The translations under genes and the position numbers were made by a program. From IMG/VR virus record IMGVR_UViG_3300028549_000365, positions 128,001 through 192,000 of that record: 64,000 nt of DNA; one strand, given 5' to 3'. Below are positions 36,685 to 47,740 of the stretch, one piece after another (the stretch's first letter is position 1; every line of letters begins with the position of its first letter). The stretch comes from a virus (lineage: Duplodnaviria > Caudoviricetes). A model generated the notes under the pieces. The model saw only the letters and a list, made by a program, of their open reading frames with translations. It did no database searches and was not told the origin of the DNA.

Positions 36685-37989
36685 GTGAGTATGCCTATAT
36701 ATATAGAAGAAGATAGTGATGTAAACGTTAATATAGTAACATCGCAAGCAGCTGATGTAGTTACAACTAGACATACATATAAAACACAACAAGAACTTCA
36801 AACTTCTGTCTTGTTTAATAAGGAAGTAGGTCTAGAACATATTACACAGTATGTCACCGGAGGAAAGTGGGAAGTGGATTACTTCTTACAAGTTAGAGGT
36901 ATTAACGATGACCCGAAAATGCCTGACCCTAATGTTGGAAATGAAACATTAAAGTACAATAGAATAAATAAGTTGTTACTTAACTTACAATCAGAGTTAG
37001 TACAAGGTAATGTAGATACAATAACAGGTGAAGCTATAATCAATAGTGGTTTTGTACCTAGTTACGGTGACGCATTTAAAGCTATTATGACAGGTGGTCA
37101 AGAAGCTATATTTGTTATTATGACTGTAGATAAAAATACGTATAATAATCATGATGCTTATTTAGTAACATTTAAATTATTTAGTTTCTTACACACTGAC
37201 GCAGTAACTTATAATGACTTAGTTTATAAAACATTAAAAGAATATGTTTATGATAAAGAACATTTATTAGATTATTCAGCACCTATAATATTAGCACAAG
37301 ATTATATTAAGAAAGTAGAACTTAAAAAGCAACCAGCTATACTTATAGATTACTATCTTAAACTTGTTATAAACAGAGAGAACTATGTTATAGCATTACC
37401 TACACTATCGTCTATATACGTTGACACTCTTTTAAATGGATTCTTTTTTAAGTTAGTAAATATTTCAGATAGTTTAGACTTAATTAAACTAAACAGATTA
37501 GACTTTACACCTAATGAAAAGATAACATATACTGTATGGGATGCAATACTTAATAGAGACGCTAACATGTTGGATATAGTGGATCAAGATATAGGATTCA
37601 AGTTCACTCCTATAGTTAATGCTTCACCTATTATAAGAGAGATAGGGTATTTAGATATTAACTTTGTTGTTAATAAATTATTTGGTGCGGATCCATTAAT
37701 ACCTGCTACTATTGAAAACACTTTAGTAAAAGCTCATACTGATCCATTAGGAAAAGATCTTAATAGTTATGTGTTCTCGGATTCATTTTATAATAGAGAA
37801 AGAGAAACATGTGGGTTGTTAGAAAAGTCGTTACTAACGTATATAGAAGGAGGTAGAGTTTTAGAAGCTGATTTAACAACTATGTTGAATGAGTATAAGT
37901 ATTGGACAATAACAGAACAATACTATTTAATACCTATACTTTTATTATTAGTTAAAGATAGTATTAATTTTACATACACCTCTTTATAA
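36685..37989 (+). CDS. Virion structural protein
   Basis: 434 aa; YVTGGKWEVDYFLQ, FVPSYGDAF, YYLIPILL motifs. Confidence 0.68.
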   Translation: MSMPIYIEEDSDVNVNIVTSQAADVVTTRHTYKTQQELQTSVLFNKEVGLEHITQYVTGGKWEVDYFLQVRGINDDPKMPDPNVGNETLKYNRINKLLLNLQSELVQGNVDTITGEAIINSGFVPSYGDAFKAIMTGGQEAIFVIMTVDKNTYNNHDAYLVTFKLFSFLHTDAVTYNDLVYKTLKEYVYDKEHLLDYSAPIILAQDYIKKVELKKQPAILIDYYLKLVINRENYVIALPTLSSIYVDTLLNGFFFKLVNISDSLDLIKLNRLDFTPNEKITYTVWDAILNRDANMLDIVDQDIGFKFTPIVNASPIIREIGYLDINFVVNKLFGADPLIPATIENTLVKAHTDPLGKDLNSYVFSDSFYNRERETCGLLEKSLLTYIEGGRVLEADLTTMLNEYKYWTITEQYYLIPILLLLVKDSINFTYTSL

Positions 37990-37998
37990 GGATAAATA

Positions 37999-38631
37999 AT
38001 GAATCCTAATAGATATAATGGTTACACCAAGTTACCTACAAAAGTATTTAAAGTAAGAGTACCTATGATGGCTACATACAGTGATGAAGAAGTAGAGATT
38101 CTAGGATATCCAATATTTGAATCGTCAGAAGGTGATAAGAAACAAGTGTATAAAGATTTTTCTACAGTGTGTATTAATCTAGACACTATGATAGATCATT
38201 ACATAGCAGGTTATCCTATTCGTATTGTGGAAAGAGAAGACATAGCTGAGATATTTAATATACTAGAAAAGTATATAGAAGGTAGAGAGTCTGATGTTAA
38301 CTATAGCATAAATAAAATACATATAGGTAAAGATGATAGAATAGATCAGATAGATAAGTTTGCTAATGAGATGTTCGGTCTTAATAAAGTTAACATAGTT
38401 AAGAAGTCTGTTAACGCTAGTAATGGATTCAATTTAGGTCTAATGCCAATGGCTCCTATTGTTGATGTTAAGGAAATAGGTATAATGTCAGGTTATCAAA
38501 ATAACCCAAGTTCTACATACCAGAATAGAAGTTACTTAGTGGATAACACACCACAAGTTAACATGGATAAAATAGTGAGAACGTCTCCACTTAAAAATAG
38601 ACGACCAATAAGATTAGACGGCGGAGAATAG
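37999..38631 (+). CDS. Conserved phiKZ-like hypothetical protein
   Basis: 210 aa in structural operon. Confidence 0.7.
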   Translation: MNPNRYNGYTKLPTKVFKVRVPMMATYSDEEVEILGYPIFESSEGDKKQVYKDFSTVCINLDTMIDHYIAGYPIRIVEREDIAEIFNILEKYIEGRESDVNYSINKIHIGKDDRIDQIDKFANEMFGLNKVNIVKKSVNASNGFNLGLMPMAPIVDVKEIGIMSGYQNNPSSTYQNRSYLVDNTPQVNMDKIVRTSPLKNRRPIRLDGGE

Positions 38632-38632
38632 T

Positions 38633-38656
38633 AGTAGTAGGAATATTCCTACTACT
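38633..38656 (+). terminator. Perfect 24-bp palindrome
   Basis: AGTAGTAGGAAT/ATTCCTACTACT followed by a T-rich tract. Confidence 0.7.
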
Positions 38657-38693
38657 TCTTTTTTCTTGATTAATATTAAAAGAAGGAAAGAAT

Positions 38694-39773
38694 ATGAAGC
38701 TAATAAGCTATAAACAAAATGAATATTTCATGTCTATAAGAACAAAACTTATAGCGTTAAGATATCTACATGAATGTCTGTTAAATTACGACGAGAGACC
38801 AGGCGAGATATTGGAATCGTTGTCTATTAGACAAGATATAGATAAAGATAAATTTTCAGCTATAGTTCTCGGTTTAAAAGGTATAAACACTAAAGATAAA
38901 ACTATTTCACTAGGGTTAAAATATCTTAAAGAAGAACTTATCTCTGTTATTGACAAAATAATAGCCGACTATAAATTAGTAGTTGAGAACGATCAAACAT
39001 TAGTTGTTAAAGACAATGTTAAGAATGTGCTTTCAGAGATTATGTCTAAAGATATATTATCAGGTAACATAGAAGGTATATACTCATCACTACCAGCTAC
39101 TGAGTTTGCTAACAATACATTCATAATGTTATTAGAGCCTATTATAGGAAAAGGTGTTAACCAAAGTATGTGGGTTGATTGTTTATCTAAAACTCTAGAT
39201 AACGATATTTTAGGTTATAATACTAATATACCGTATAACGATAGACAGTTAACTAGTTTTATACAAACTAAACTTACTCATATAGATAACAATAAAGGTA
39301 ATAGTATTTATGTTACCGAAAGTGTAATGATGAATAAACCTAACATGTCTATAACTGACACTAATCTTAGTGATGATATAAAAGCGTATATCACAGTAAC
39401 TGATGGTGAAGAAAGTGTATTAGATAAAAAGGTTATGGAAGTTTGTAATAAACTATTTAACATAGAAGATAAATTAACCTCTATAATAGACGCTGTGCCT
39501 GAGTTAGACTTTATATTAGTTACTAATATACTAGGTATGATTAGAACAGTTGTTTCAGAATATGGTGATGGTGTTATTACTAAGTCAGTTTATAATAAAC
39601 TAATGGTAGAATATATTAACACATACATAGACCTTTCTAATGCATATGTTAATGTTAACAACTTAGTTATTAACGAATGTATTAAAATAAACAGAAGTGT
39701 TAAGCTAGCGTACATGGCAAAAGCTATGTTTGAGAATATGCTTATCGAAGGTAGTATATCGTATAAAGGATAA
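38694..39773 (+). CDS. Hypothetical/virion protein
   Basis: 359 aa, AAGGA RBS. Confidence 0.65.
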   Translation: MKLISYKQNEYFMSIRTKLIALRYLHECLLNYDERPGEILESLSIRQDIDKDKFSAIVLGLKGINTKDKTISLGLKYLKEELISVIDKIIADYKLVVENDQTLVVKDNVKNVLSEIMSKDILSGNIEGIYSSLPATEFANNTFIMLLEPIIGKGVNQSMWVDCLSKTLDNDILGYNTNIPYNDRQLTSFIQTKLTHIDNNKGNSIYVTESVMMNKPNMSITDTNLSDDIKAYITVTDGEESVLDKKVMEVCNKLFNIEDKLTSIIDAVPELDFILVTNILGMIRTVVSEYGDGVITKSVYNKLMVEYINTYIDLSNAYVNVNNLVINECIKINRSVKLAYMAKAMFENMLIEGSISYKG

Positions 39774-39775
39774 CA

Positions 39776-41155
39776 ATGACTCATACACCAATAACAGACG
39801 GTTTGTTAGAAAAAGATATTCTAGATGTGATAAATGCTAAGTTCATGAAACCAGACGCCATTACATACGAGTGTTATATACACACAGAGAAACTTGATTT
39901 TAGAATAGATCTTCTTATATCAGTTGAAGTTCTTAGGGACTACGTTAATAACGTAGCTGACTTTATAATAGTTAACTTCTTATTTCCTATGGGTGATTAT
40001 GTACTAGATATTATCCCGTTTAGTGATAATCTAGAGATGACTATAAAGTTTATTTATTACGGTAAGAAAGTATCTAATAGATATAAGTTAGTATTGCTTA
40101 ACTTCACAGGTGGTGTTGCTAATAGTAAATATGACGGTATGTCAAGAGAAGCTATGAATGATATAGAGAAAGCTAATGTTGAAGTACAATGTTTAGATAG
40201 AGTTGTGGAGTATTTAAGAACTAGTTATGTAGAAACTATATTAAGCTATGAGACTGTTGAGAACGCTATGAAGTCAGTGTTTATGGAAGCAATAAGTGAA
40301 CTATCAGTAGAGGGTCAGCCTATGCCTATAAACATATCAGTTGTACCTACAGATAACCCTAAACAATATAGACACATACAGATACCGTTCACTACTAATG
40401 TACTAGATGTACCTAGTTTTCTACAAAATAAAGAGTATGGTGTTTATAATACAGATATAGGTACATACTTTCAAACTTATGGAGTTACTACATATAAACC
40501 TATTGATGGTATATTTGTTTATAATCTATTAGATAATAAAAGATATGATACAGATGAAAGAAAGTTAATGATATTATCTTCTAACACAACTAAGTATGAA
40601 TTTATGGAAAACACTTTCAAAATAGATGGAACTATAGTAAAGGTAGTTGCTAGTAATGTTAAAAACTTTGATGACGGGGAGAAAGCTGTTATTGATAGTG
40701 GTAACTCTATTATATCAATCGATCCAAGTGCTCTTATACAAGGTAATAAACAAACTAAAGACAATAGTGTTGTTACTGACCCATCGTTACATATGTCCGG
40801 GAATAAATCTTATGGCAAGAGAGATGGTGTTAATAAAGCAATTATTTCTGATATGGGTACAAATTCATTTAAAGATAGATCGGCTATGTTATTTAAACAA
40901 AGAAAGTTGTTTCAGTTTGAATGGAGATTCTGTAATCCAGATTTAATATTCCCTGGTATGGCTGTTGGATATTTATATAAAAGCAAGAAATATGGTATAG
41001 TGTGTTTAAAGGGCGTAGTGAGCTCTGTGTACGTTAAATACGATGTAACGACTAAAACTACTACTGCGTTGATAAATGCGTTTCTAGAGTCTCCTACGAG
41101 CTATATATACGAAAAACAAAAGAATGATAATAAAGGACAGAATTATGGGTTTTAA
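39776..41155 (+). CDS. Baseplate hub-like virion protein (phiKZ gp101-like)
   Basis: 459 aa; VPSFLQNKEYGVYNTDIGTYFQ, W.FCNPDLIFPGM. Confidence 0.65.
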   Translation: MTHTPITDGLLEKDILDVINAKFMKPDAITYECYIHTEKLDFRIDLLISVEVLRDYVNNVADFIIVNFLFPMGDYVLDIIPFSDNLEMTIKFIYYGKKVSNRYKLVLLNFTGGVANSKYDGMSREAMNDIEKANVEVQCLDRVVEYLRTSYVETILSYETVENAMKSVFMEAISELSVEGQPMPINISVVPTDNPKQYRHIQIPFTTNVLDVPSFLQNKEYGVYNTDIGTYFQTYGVTTYKPIDGIFVYNLLDNKRYDTDERKLMILSSNTTKYEFMENTFKIDGTIVKVVASNVKNFDDGEKAVIDSGNSIISIDPSALIQGNKQTKDNSVVTDPSLHMSGNKSYGKRDGVNKAIISDMGTNSFKDRSAMLFKQRKLFQFEWRFCNPDLIFPGMAVGYLYKSKKYGIVCLKGVVSSVYVKYDVTTKTTTALINAFLESPTSYIYEKQKNDNKGQNYGF

Positions 41156-41462
41156 AAAGATAAATGATACAGAATATTTTTCTGAAGAACCAACTAGTTT
41201 GATTAACGAAGCTAAAGAAGTGTTAGCTAGTGTGTCAGGTGATGTTAATAAGTATCCAGAGGTACTTAATAACACACTATTTAATACTATATTAAGTAGA
41301 ATAGTGACTAGAGAGTTTTTTAAAGAGATAGTTTTAGAAGAGAAACAACATTATGTTACTATTAAAGTACAAGTAAATAATAGTTTACATATAACAACTG
41401 TCGGTAAGATGATGATGGAAGAAAAAGAATATATTCTAAATGGAGTATTACAACAGTCATAA
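41145..41462 (+). CDS. Hypothetical protein
   Basis: Likely start at 41145 (AAGGA upstream), overlapping the previous stop. Confidence 0.55.
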   Translation: MGFKKINDTEYFSEEPTSLINEAKEVLASVSGDVNKYPEVLNNTLFNTILSRIVTREFFKEIVLEEKQHYVTIKVQVNNSLHITTVGKMMMEEKEYILNGVLQQS

Positions 41463-41489
41463 CTACATATCTAACGATATGTAGTTATG
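41458..41489. terminator. Bidirectional hairpin at convergent stops
   Basis: CATAACTACATATC-TAAC-GATATGTAGTTATG. Confidence 0.7.
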
Positions 41490-41493
41490 TTTT

Positions 41494-42054
41494 TTAATCG
41501 TAGTCTAAGAAATCACTAACGTTATCTTGTATCTTAGTTACAGTTACTTTACCTTCCTGCTTAGGAGCTTTACTGTATCTATTAAATATAGCTTTCCATC
41601 TTAATAAGTAACTATCGTATTCTACATTTATTTTATTTACAGTACCAGCTAAGTTAACTGTAAGATAGTTTAATCCCTCTTCATGTATTCTATTAGCTTT
41701 TAGATTGAATGTACTTACTAGATTACCGTAATCTACTTTTAATGTATCTGTATTAGGTTTACAGTATATACCAGGAGTTGTAAACACAATGTTACCTTTA
41801 TCATCTAGCACATTAACAGGGTTGTAAGGACCACCAGCTAATTCCAACCATTTAATAGTTAAAGGGTTAACTGTGTTCATTTGTCCACCAGATCTAAAAT
41901 AATCTAAAAATATCTCTACGAATATTTTTTCTGGTATAGTTGATATTGATATGTCTGTAACTAATTCTCTATATAGTTCAGATATCTGCGATATAACTTC
42001 ATTCTTTTTTTGTTCAGTAACTTGGTTAGCGTACTGACTTAGTGTAGTGCTCAT
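41494..42054 (-). CDS. Conserved phiKZ-like hypothetical protein
   Basis: IPEKIFVEIFL, WLELAGGPYNPVNV motifs. Confidence 0.7.
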   Translation of the reverse strand: MSTTLSQYANQVTEQKKNEVISQISELYRELVTDISISTIPEKIFVEIFLDYFRSGGQMNTVNPLTIKWLELAGGPYNPVNVLDDKGNIVFTTPGIYCKPNTDTLKVDYGNLVSTFNLKANRIHEEGLNYLTVNLAGTVNKINVEYDSYLLRWKAIFNRYSKAPKQEGKVTVTKIQDNVSDFLDYD

Positions 42055-42063
42055 ATTATTTCC

Positions 42064-42465
42064 TTAACTATTCATCTCTTCCATTAACTCATCAAAGTTA
42101 ACAATACTATTGTTAATACTTGTTATACTTTTAGATAACATGTTCTCAACACCATTTGCATCTATAGTTTGTATATCTATACTTATTTTATCTACTGAAG
42201 CATCACTCTCATCTATTATAACTGTAACTTCTACAGTAGGGAAATACCTACTATATAAATTATATAACGTACTAGTCATTTCTCGTTTTAAATCCAAGTT
42301 ATTATCGTAGTGGTGTAACAGATATTTCATACTACTTACTAAACCATTGAATGTATTACTCTGTGAATAATCAGCAGCCAGAAAGTGTTCGAAGATCTTT
42401 ATCATTATAACTGGAGACGATTCTATATATCCTTCTACTGAAAGATGTGGTATAACTACTTTCAT
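42064..42465 (-). CDS. Baseplate wedge subunit, T4 gp25-like
   Basis: 133 aa; IPHLS..G.I, ADYSQSN, L..YFPTV.V.V pattern. Confidence 0.55.
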   Translation of the reverse strand: MKVVIPHLSVEGYIESSPVIMIKIFEHFLAADYSQSNTFNGLVSSMKYLLHHYDNNLDLKREMTSTLYNLYSRYFPTVEVTVIIDESDASVDKISIDIQTIDANGVENMLSKSITSINNSIVNFDELMEEMNS

Positions 42466-44219
42466 TATTCGCTCCTATTTATATCTATTATAGTCATATC
42501 TAAATTAACTACATCATTAAATGTCGAGATGTCCAAATTATAGACTACTTCAGCATAACTTCCAGTTGTTAATATATCTTTTATATTGTTAACAGTAATA
42601 TCACCGTGTGTATTAAAGTAATGCATAGATTCCAATATTTTATTAGAACTAGTTACAAACTTAACTTTAGCCATAGTTCCAAATACTAATATACTATAGA
42701 TCTTTAGTTTACTAAAATAAACTGGTTTCTTCCAATCTTTACCATACGGTGCTAACCTGTTAAGTTCCGATACGACGTATGGGGATATATCATCACTGTT
42801 TAATTTAATATCGTATTTAACATTACGCTCAGTTTCTATCCCAGTAACTTCACTAACATGTTTGTCAAACAACATTTTAAATTGTTCTAAACCATCTTTT
42901 TTAATAGTTATACCAGCTGCTAACTCGTGCCCCCCGTATTTAATAACTATGTCAGACTCTTTGGCTATTTTACCATATATCTCTTCTAAGTTAATTCCAG
43001 ATATAATACCTCTTCCGCTACCAGCTAATATATCACTATCTTTATTGTCCAAGAAACAAACACTAGGTTTATAATATCGCTCACCTATGTTTCCAGATAT
43101 AATTCCGTTAATAGCATATTCTGTGTTTATAACAGTAACTATAGAGTTAGTGTATTCAGACTCTTGTACTTGTTTTATAACATCTTTTAGTGCTGCTTTC
43201 TGTGTAGTCTTTTTAAGAATATTCAGGTCAAATAGTTTTTTAGCGTATAACATACAGTCATCATAGTTCTCACTAACTAATATAGAAAATGCTAATCCTT
43301 CTCTATCTACTCTGTTAGCTGCGTTTATTAACGGAGCTAGTTTATAGCCTATATCGTTAGTGTTGATAGTGTTATGTATTTGCAGTAATCTTTTCATAAC
43401 TAACCACACTGGGTTAGTGAGTTTATTCATCTCTCTTAAACCAAGTTTTATAACTTGTCTATTGATAGGATGGCTTAATGACATAACGTCAGATACTGTC
43501 GAAAATGCTACATATGGTAATAGCTTATCTAAATCACTTACGGTGTATGTGTCGTTAAGATGCATAAGAGTTGACAACATAGTTACGTATCCTACGAAAC
43601 ACCCGCTAACATCTTTATAGTATTCGCTATCAACTCTATGTGGGTTAACAACAAAATCAGCATTTATAGGATAATTATCCTCTGGTATCTTATGGTGGTC
43701 GGTAAGCACTATGTGTTTAATACCATGTGATTTTAAAACACCATATGCTTCATTATCACTACTACCGTGATCATATATTATCATAACATCTATAGGCCAT
43801 TCTTTATTAAGTTCTATAATATTGTTAATAAAATGTTTACTAAAACCTGTTCCTGTACGTCTTCTATTAACCATAGTAACAAATTTATCTTTTGGTACAT
43901 TAAAGATATCTCTAAACGCTACGTGTGCTACCGCAGCACTATTAACTCCATCAGCGTCAAAGTCACATGCATGTAATATGTTCTTACCGTCTTTTATAGC
44001 TTTAGCTATGAACTTACCAGCCTCCATTACATCTGGAAGTTTATGTAAGTTTTTAATAGGGTCGAACTTACTATTTAATACATCTGTATAGTTGTAGCTA
44101 AACTCTTCTATCTTACCTATATCTATCCTTGAACTAAGTACTTTAGCTTGTAGCTTAGTTAATGTGTTAAAACAATCAGGTAACTGAATACCTGAGTTCT
44201 CCTTATATCTATTTTCCAT
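42465..44219 (-). CDS. recJ: Single-stranded DNA exonuclease RecJ (DHH/DHHA1)
   Basis: DFDADG, YDHGS, TDHH, TVSDVM, APLINAANR, GSGRG, GGHELAAG, LAPYG motifs. Confidence 0.92.
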   Translation of the reverse strand: MENRYKENSGIQLPDCFNTLTKLQAKVLSSRIDIGKIEEFSYNYTDVLNSKFDPIKNLHKLPDVMEAGKFIAKAIKDGKNILHACDFDADGVNSAAVAHVAFRDIFNVPKDKFVTMVNRRRTGTGFSKHFINNIIELNKEWPIDVMIIYDHGSSDNEAYGVLKSHGIKHIVLTDHHKIPEDNYPINADFVVNPHRVDSEYYKDVSGCFVGYVTMLSTLMHLNDTYTVSDLDKLLPYVAFSTVSDVMSLSHPINRQVIKLGLREMNKLTNPVWLVMKRLLQIHNTINTNDIGYKLAPLINAANRVDREGLAFSILVSENYDDCMLYAKKLFDLNILKKTTQKAALKDVIKQVQESEYTNSIVTVINTEYAINGIISGNIGERYYKPSVCFLDNKDSDILAGSGRGIISGINLEEIYGKIAKESDIVIKYGGHELAAGITIKKDGLEQFKMLFDKHVSEVTGIETERNVKYDIKLNSDDISPYVVSELNRLAPYGKDWKKPVYFSKLKIYSILVFGTMAKVKFVTSSNKILESMHYFNTHGDITVNNIKDILTTGSYAEVVYNLDISTFNDVVNLDMTIIDINRSE

Positions 44220-44315
44220 AATGAACCTTTATTTATTTTTTCTATTCAAAAATTAGGGTGGATTCAAATTTTTAAACATCTATTTTCTGATTAAACAAGA
44301 TTAAAGGATTAGCAA

Positions 44316-44897
44316 ATGAAGATAATAAAAATAGCAGGGACTGAAACACAATACGTATCTACTGAAATATTTACGTCGAATAGAGATGAAAAATTTCATA
44401 ATATAAAACATGGAACATACGGTAAAGCCCTATGGATGTTATCGTTAAGTTTATGTAGCAAAACATTTCCGGTTATTTTAGATACCACTCTAGAGCTTAT
44501 TGATGATAATTATATATTAAAACAAATATTTGGTAAAGGACATCAACCAGTTAAAGATAGTAGAGGTAATGAACTTTATGTTGTTAAACAAGATAATATG
44601 GCACACCATAGGAATGATGTGTTAGTGCTATGGGAACCTGTTTTTACAGATATAGTTAAGTTGTCATATACAATATCAGGAAAAGTTAATGAGATAGGTG
44701 TTGGTTACACTGGTAAGTCTAGAATAGGTAAAGAAGTTGTTATACCTGTACCTATGTTGGAAGTTATAGGTGATTGTACATTATCTTGGATCGGTAATGA
44801 TATAGATGGTAATACTTACACGCAAGTAATTAAATATAATTACGCTAGAAAAATATGGGATATAGGTTTACCTACACGATTAGTTAATAAGGAATAA
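44316..44897 (+). CDS. Conserved phiKZ-like hypothetical protein
   Basis: 193 aa, AAGGA RBS. Confidence 0.7.
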   Translation: MKIIKIAGTETQYVSTEIFTSNRDEKFHNIKHGTYGKALWMLSLSLCSKTFPVILDTTLELIDDNYILKQIFGKGHQPVKDSRGNELYVVKQDNMAHHRNDVLVLWEPVFTDIVKLSYTISGKVNEIGVGYTGKSRIGKEVVIPVPMLEVIGDCTLSWIGNDIDGNTYTQVIKYNYARKIWDIGLPTRLVNKE

Positions 44898-44898
44898 T

Positions 44899-46107
44899 AT
44901 GTATAAAGATATAAAGGATGTTCTAGATGAACATTACAAACATTTAAAATTCGATGCTAAGCTTTATAAACAACTTAAAGTGTTTAGAGTAGCTTGGATG
45001 CAAAAATCTCCAGAGTATATAGAATTTCTAGGAGGTAAGACATTGGGTGTTCAACCTATACGTTTTTCAACTAGAGATGACGAAATGTTATTTAACGATA
45101 TACTTGGAATAGATTTAGCTATTTTAAAAACAGAGTTATATAAAGTAGACGGTATAAATCCGGCGTGGAAAGTATCTAGTAATCCTGTGTACTTGTCAAT
45201 ATTTTATTTAATGTATAAGTATTATACTACTAACAATTTATCTGTTAAAGAACAACACGATGTTATAACAGAACAGAATCTTATTTTTTCTTATAAAGTT
45301 ATAGGAAGTCTAGTAGCTCATTACTTCGGATATAACGCTAGTGAAGTTATAGCTAAAGCAACTTTAGAGAGATTATCTAACAAGTTTCTTATTAAGAAAT
45401 TAGATAACTGGCAAGAGTTGTTTGTATTTAGGACTAATGATTTTTTACCAAAAGGATTACATTACGATAAACTACATGTCTATACAACTGATGACGCAGT
45501 TAGAATAGTTAATGACGCACAAGGTAGGATAAGAGATATAGTTAAGAACATATATGAAGTTATGATACAAGTTATAGACACTAATGATATGACTGTATCT
45601 ACAACGCTATTAGAAGAAACAGAAGATGGTGTTTCCACTAAAGCTATTACTGAGCGACCTGATAAGTATATTGTTTATATAAGAAGTATTTACGGTATAA
45701 GATCAGAATTTGTAAATGACGATTACATATATTTATTACAATCTATTATACCTAATATAGATAAAGGAGTTTTAACGGACACACTTATTTATATGTCAGA
45801 ACATGTAGATATAAAAATTGATAGCGATGAAGATTTCCTTAATATATCAATAATGAAAACTATAAGTTATATAAACAGCAAAGGTATAAATACTGACTAT
45901 AATAGTAGAATAGTAGAGATACTTAAACATATGAAGAATTATTGGACTAGTAGTTCTGTTAAAGATAAAGAGATACGAGTTACAAAAGATAATATATCTA
46001 AGATAGTTGTAAAAGCTACTAATAAAAAAACTAAATGGTTAGTTGCTATAACAACTGTTGGTGTTATGTTGTATATATTTTTAAGAGCATTAATGAAGAA
46101 CAGATAG
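44899..46107 (+). CDS. Virion structural protein, phiKZ-like core
   Basis: 402 aa; FLGGKTLGVQPIRFS, LSNKFLIKKL..W, NDAQGRIRD. Confidence 0.68.
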   Translation: MYKDIKDVLDEHYKHLKFDAKLYKQLKVFRVAWMQKSPEYIEFLGGKTLGVQPIRFSTRDDEMLFNDILGIDLAILKTELYKVDGINPAWKVSSNPVYLSIFYLMYKYYTTNNLSVKEQHDVITEQNLIFSYKVIGSLVAHYFGYNASEVIAKATLERLSNKFLIKKLDNWQELFVFRTNDFLPKGLHYDKLHVYTTDDAVRIVNDAQGRIRDIVKNIYEVMIQVIDTNDMTVSTTLLEETEDGVSTKAITERPDKYIVYIRSIYGIRSEFVNDDYIYLLQSIIPNIDKGVLTDTLIYMSEHVDIKIDSDEDFLNISIMKTISYINSKGINTDYNSRIVEILKHMKNYWTSSSVKDKEIRVTKDNISKIVVKATNKKTKWLVAITTVGVMLYIFLRALMKNR

Positions 46108-46128
46108 AGCTATATAGCTCTATCTGTT
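46099..46128. terminator. Perfect 30-bp palindrome
   Basis: AACAGATAGAGCTAT/ATAGCTCTATCTGTT. Confidence 0.7.
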
Positions 46129-46185
46129 AACTGCGTTTTATTTTAGCCCTATATTATAATATTAGGTATATGTATAATATTATAC

Positions 46186-46734
46186 ATGTATACTAAACCA
46201 CAAGGAATGGACATGGTCACAATAGGAATTATCTGTTTAGTAGTTGTTATGTTAGTTGTTTTACTTATTAATAGTATGACACAAAGTATATCGAGAGATA
46301 TAGATTATAACAATAGAATACTAAAGTTATGGATTAACAAACAAGATAAAATAGGTGTATACGAAACAAAATGTGAGTATTTAAAAATTAGATTACTCGA
46401 TAGATTTAAGTATGTAAGTATAGTTAAGAATGATACGTTCACTATATATTTAACAGTTGATGGTCGTGTTAAAATTATAGGCGGTGTTAAAGATACCATT
46501 ATAAATGGTATAGAAGGTTGTAAAGGAGTGTATATCGATTATGAAGGTAAACCTATTATGTTAATGAAGAACGGAAGTTTACATACGATAGCACTTAATA
46601 AGAACAGTGATAAACTTATAGCTGAACGTTTGACTAATTATAGTAATAGATTCGCTAAGTATATTACTAAGGCTGACATTAAATTGTTTGGAGTTGTTTT
46701 AAAGAATAAGTTCCATAAATATAAGAGCGCGTGA
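46186..46734 (+). CDS. Membrane-anchored hypothetical protein
   Basis: N-terminal TM helix (VTIGIICLVVVMLVVLLI); CCCTATATTAT promoter variant at 46147. Confidence 0.65.
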   Translation: MYTKPQGMDMVTIGIICLVVVMLVVLLINSMTQSISRDIDYNNRILKLWINKQDKIGVYETKCEYLKIRLLDRFKYVSIVKNDTFTIYLTVDGRVKIIGGVKDTIINGIEGCKGVYIDYEGKPIMLMKNGSLHTIALNKNSDKLIAERLTNYSNRFAKYITKADIKLFGVVLKNKFHKYKSA

Positions 46735-46752
46735 ACATATAACTTATACTAA

Positions 46753-46789
46753 TAACACTATAGCTACCTAATAGGTAGCTATAGTGTTA
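46753..46789. terminator. Palindrome, 18-bp arms, at convergent stops
   Basis: TAACACTATAGCTACCTA-A-TAGGTAGCTATAGTGTTA. Confidence 0.72.
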
Positions 46790-47740
46790 GGCTCTAAATA
46801 AGTTGTCTCTTATGTAGCTATTTATTTGTTTAACGTAATCATCGTTACCTATTCTTTTTTTGTTATTTTCTATAATAGAAGCTAATTGAGTTCTTTTATA
46901 ACTCTTATTATCACAGTTAACATAAATCAATGTCATCATAGTAGGTATGTGTTCCAAAGCCATTATCAATGTTTCACTATTACCATGTCCGTACCAAGTG
47001 TTAGCTATATTGTTAACTAATGTATCTACTGTTATAAATACACTCTTAGCTTCAGGTAGTACAGTTTTAATGTTGTAAATAAGATCGCTTATAGAGGTTA
47101 CTTCGTTATTAAGTTTGCTAAGTATGCTTTCTATAACACTATTTGTTAACGATAGTGAATAGTTGGACTTTAATATACGACCAGTTATAGCTGCTTCCAT
47201 GTTTTTTACTTCGTCTTGCTCAACTAGCATGTAGTTAACATAATGTGTTATAACTACTTCTAAATAAGCTTTTTCAACAGGATCTAAACCAACTATACCG
47301 TTCATAGCGTTAACTATCCAAGCACACATTGCTGAACTTATAGACTTATATAAGTTTCTGTGTAAACCTATTCTATTGTCTATAAAGTCTCTAGTTAACA
47401 TAGCTCTAAGTGTAACAAACTCTACACCATTAGAATCTCTTATTATATCACTTATATTTAAAGCTAATTCATCTTTAGCAAAAACATATTTTCTTAAATC
47501 ACTTACTATTAAAGTATTACCTCGCATATCTTTAATTACAACAGGATGATCCCATATAGGTAAGTTCTTCTCTTCTAAATTATATCCTGTTATATATATA
47601 ATTTTAGTTGTTCCAGTGTTAGCGTATTCGTATGATAAGTTATCATCGTTACGTGCCAAATATGATAGTAACTCAGTCTCTATTTTTTTAATAGCGATTA
47701 ACTTACCGTACGTTGTTGTATATGCATTAGTTATCAACAT
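46787..47740 (-). CDS. Conserved phiKZ-like virion/core protein
   Basis: 317 aa; NAYTTTYG, W.HP, DLRKY, ALEHIPT motifs. Confidence 0.68.
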   Translation of the reverse strand: MLITNAYTTTYGKLIAIKKIETELLSYLARNDDNLSYEYANTGTTKIIYITGYNLEEKNLPIWDHPVVIKDMRGNTLIVSDLRKYVFAKDELALNISDIIRDSNGVEFVTLRAMLTRDFIDNRIGLHRNLYKSISSAMCAWIVNAMNGIVGLDPVEKAYLEVVITHYVNYMLVEQDEVKNMEAAITGRILKSNYSLSLTNSVIESILSKLNNEVTSISDLIYNIKTVLPEAKSVFITVDTLVNNIANTWYGHGNSETLIMALEHIPTMMTLIYVNCDNKSYKRTQLASIIENNKKRIGNDDYVKQINSYIRDNLFRA

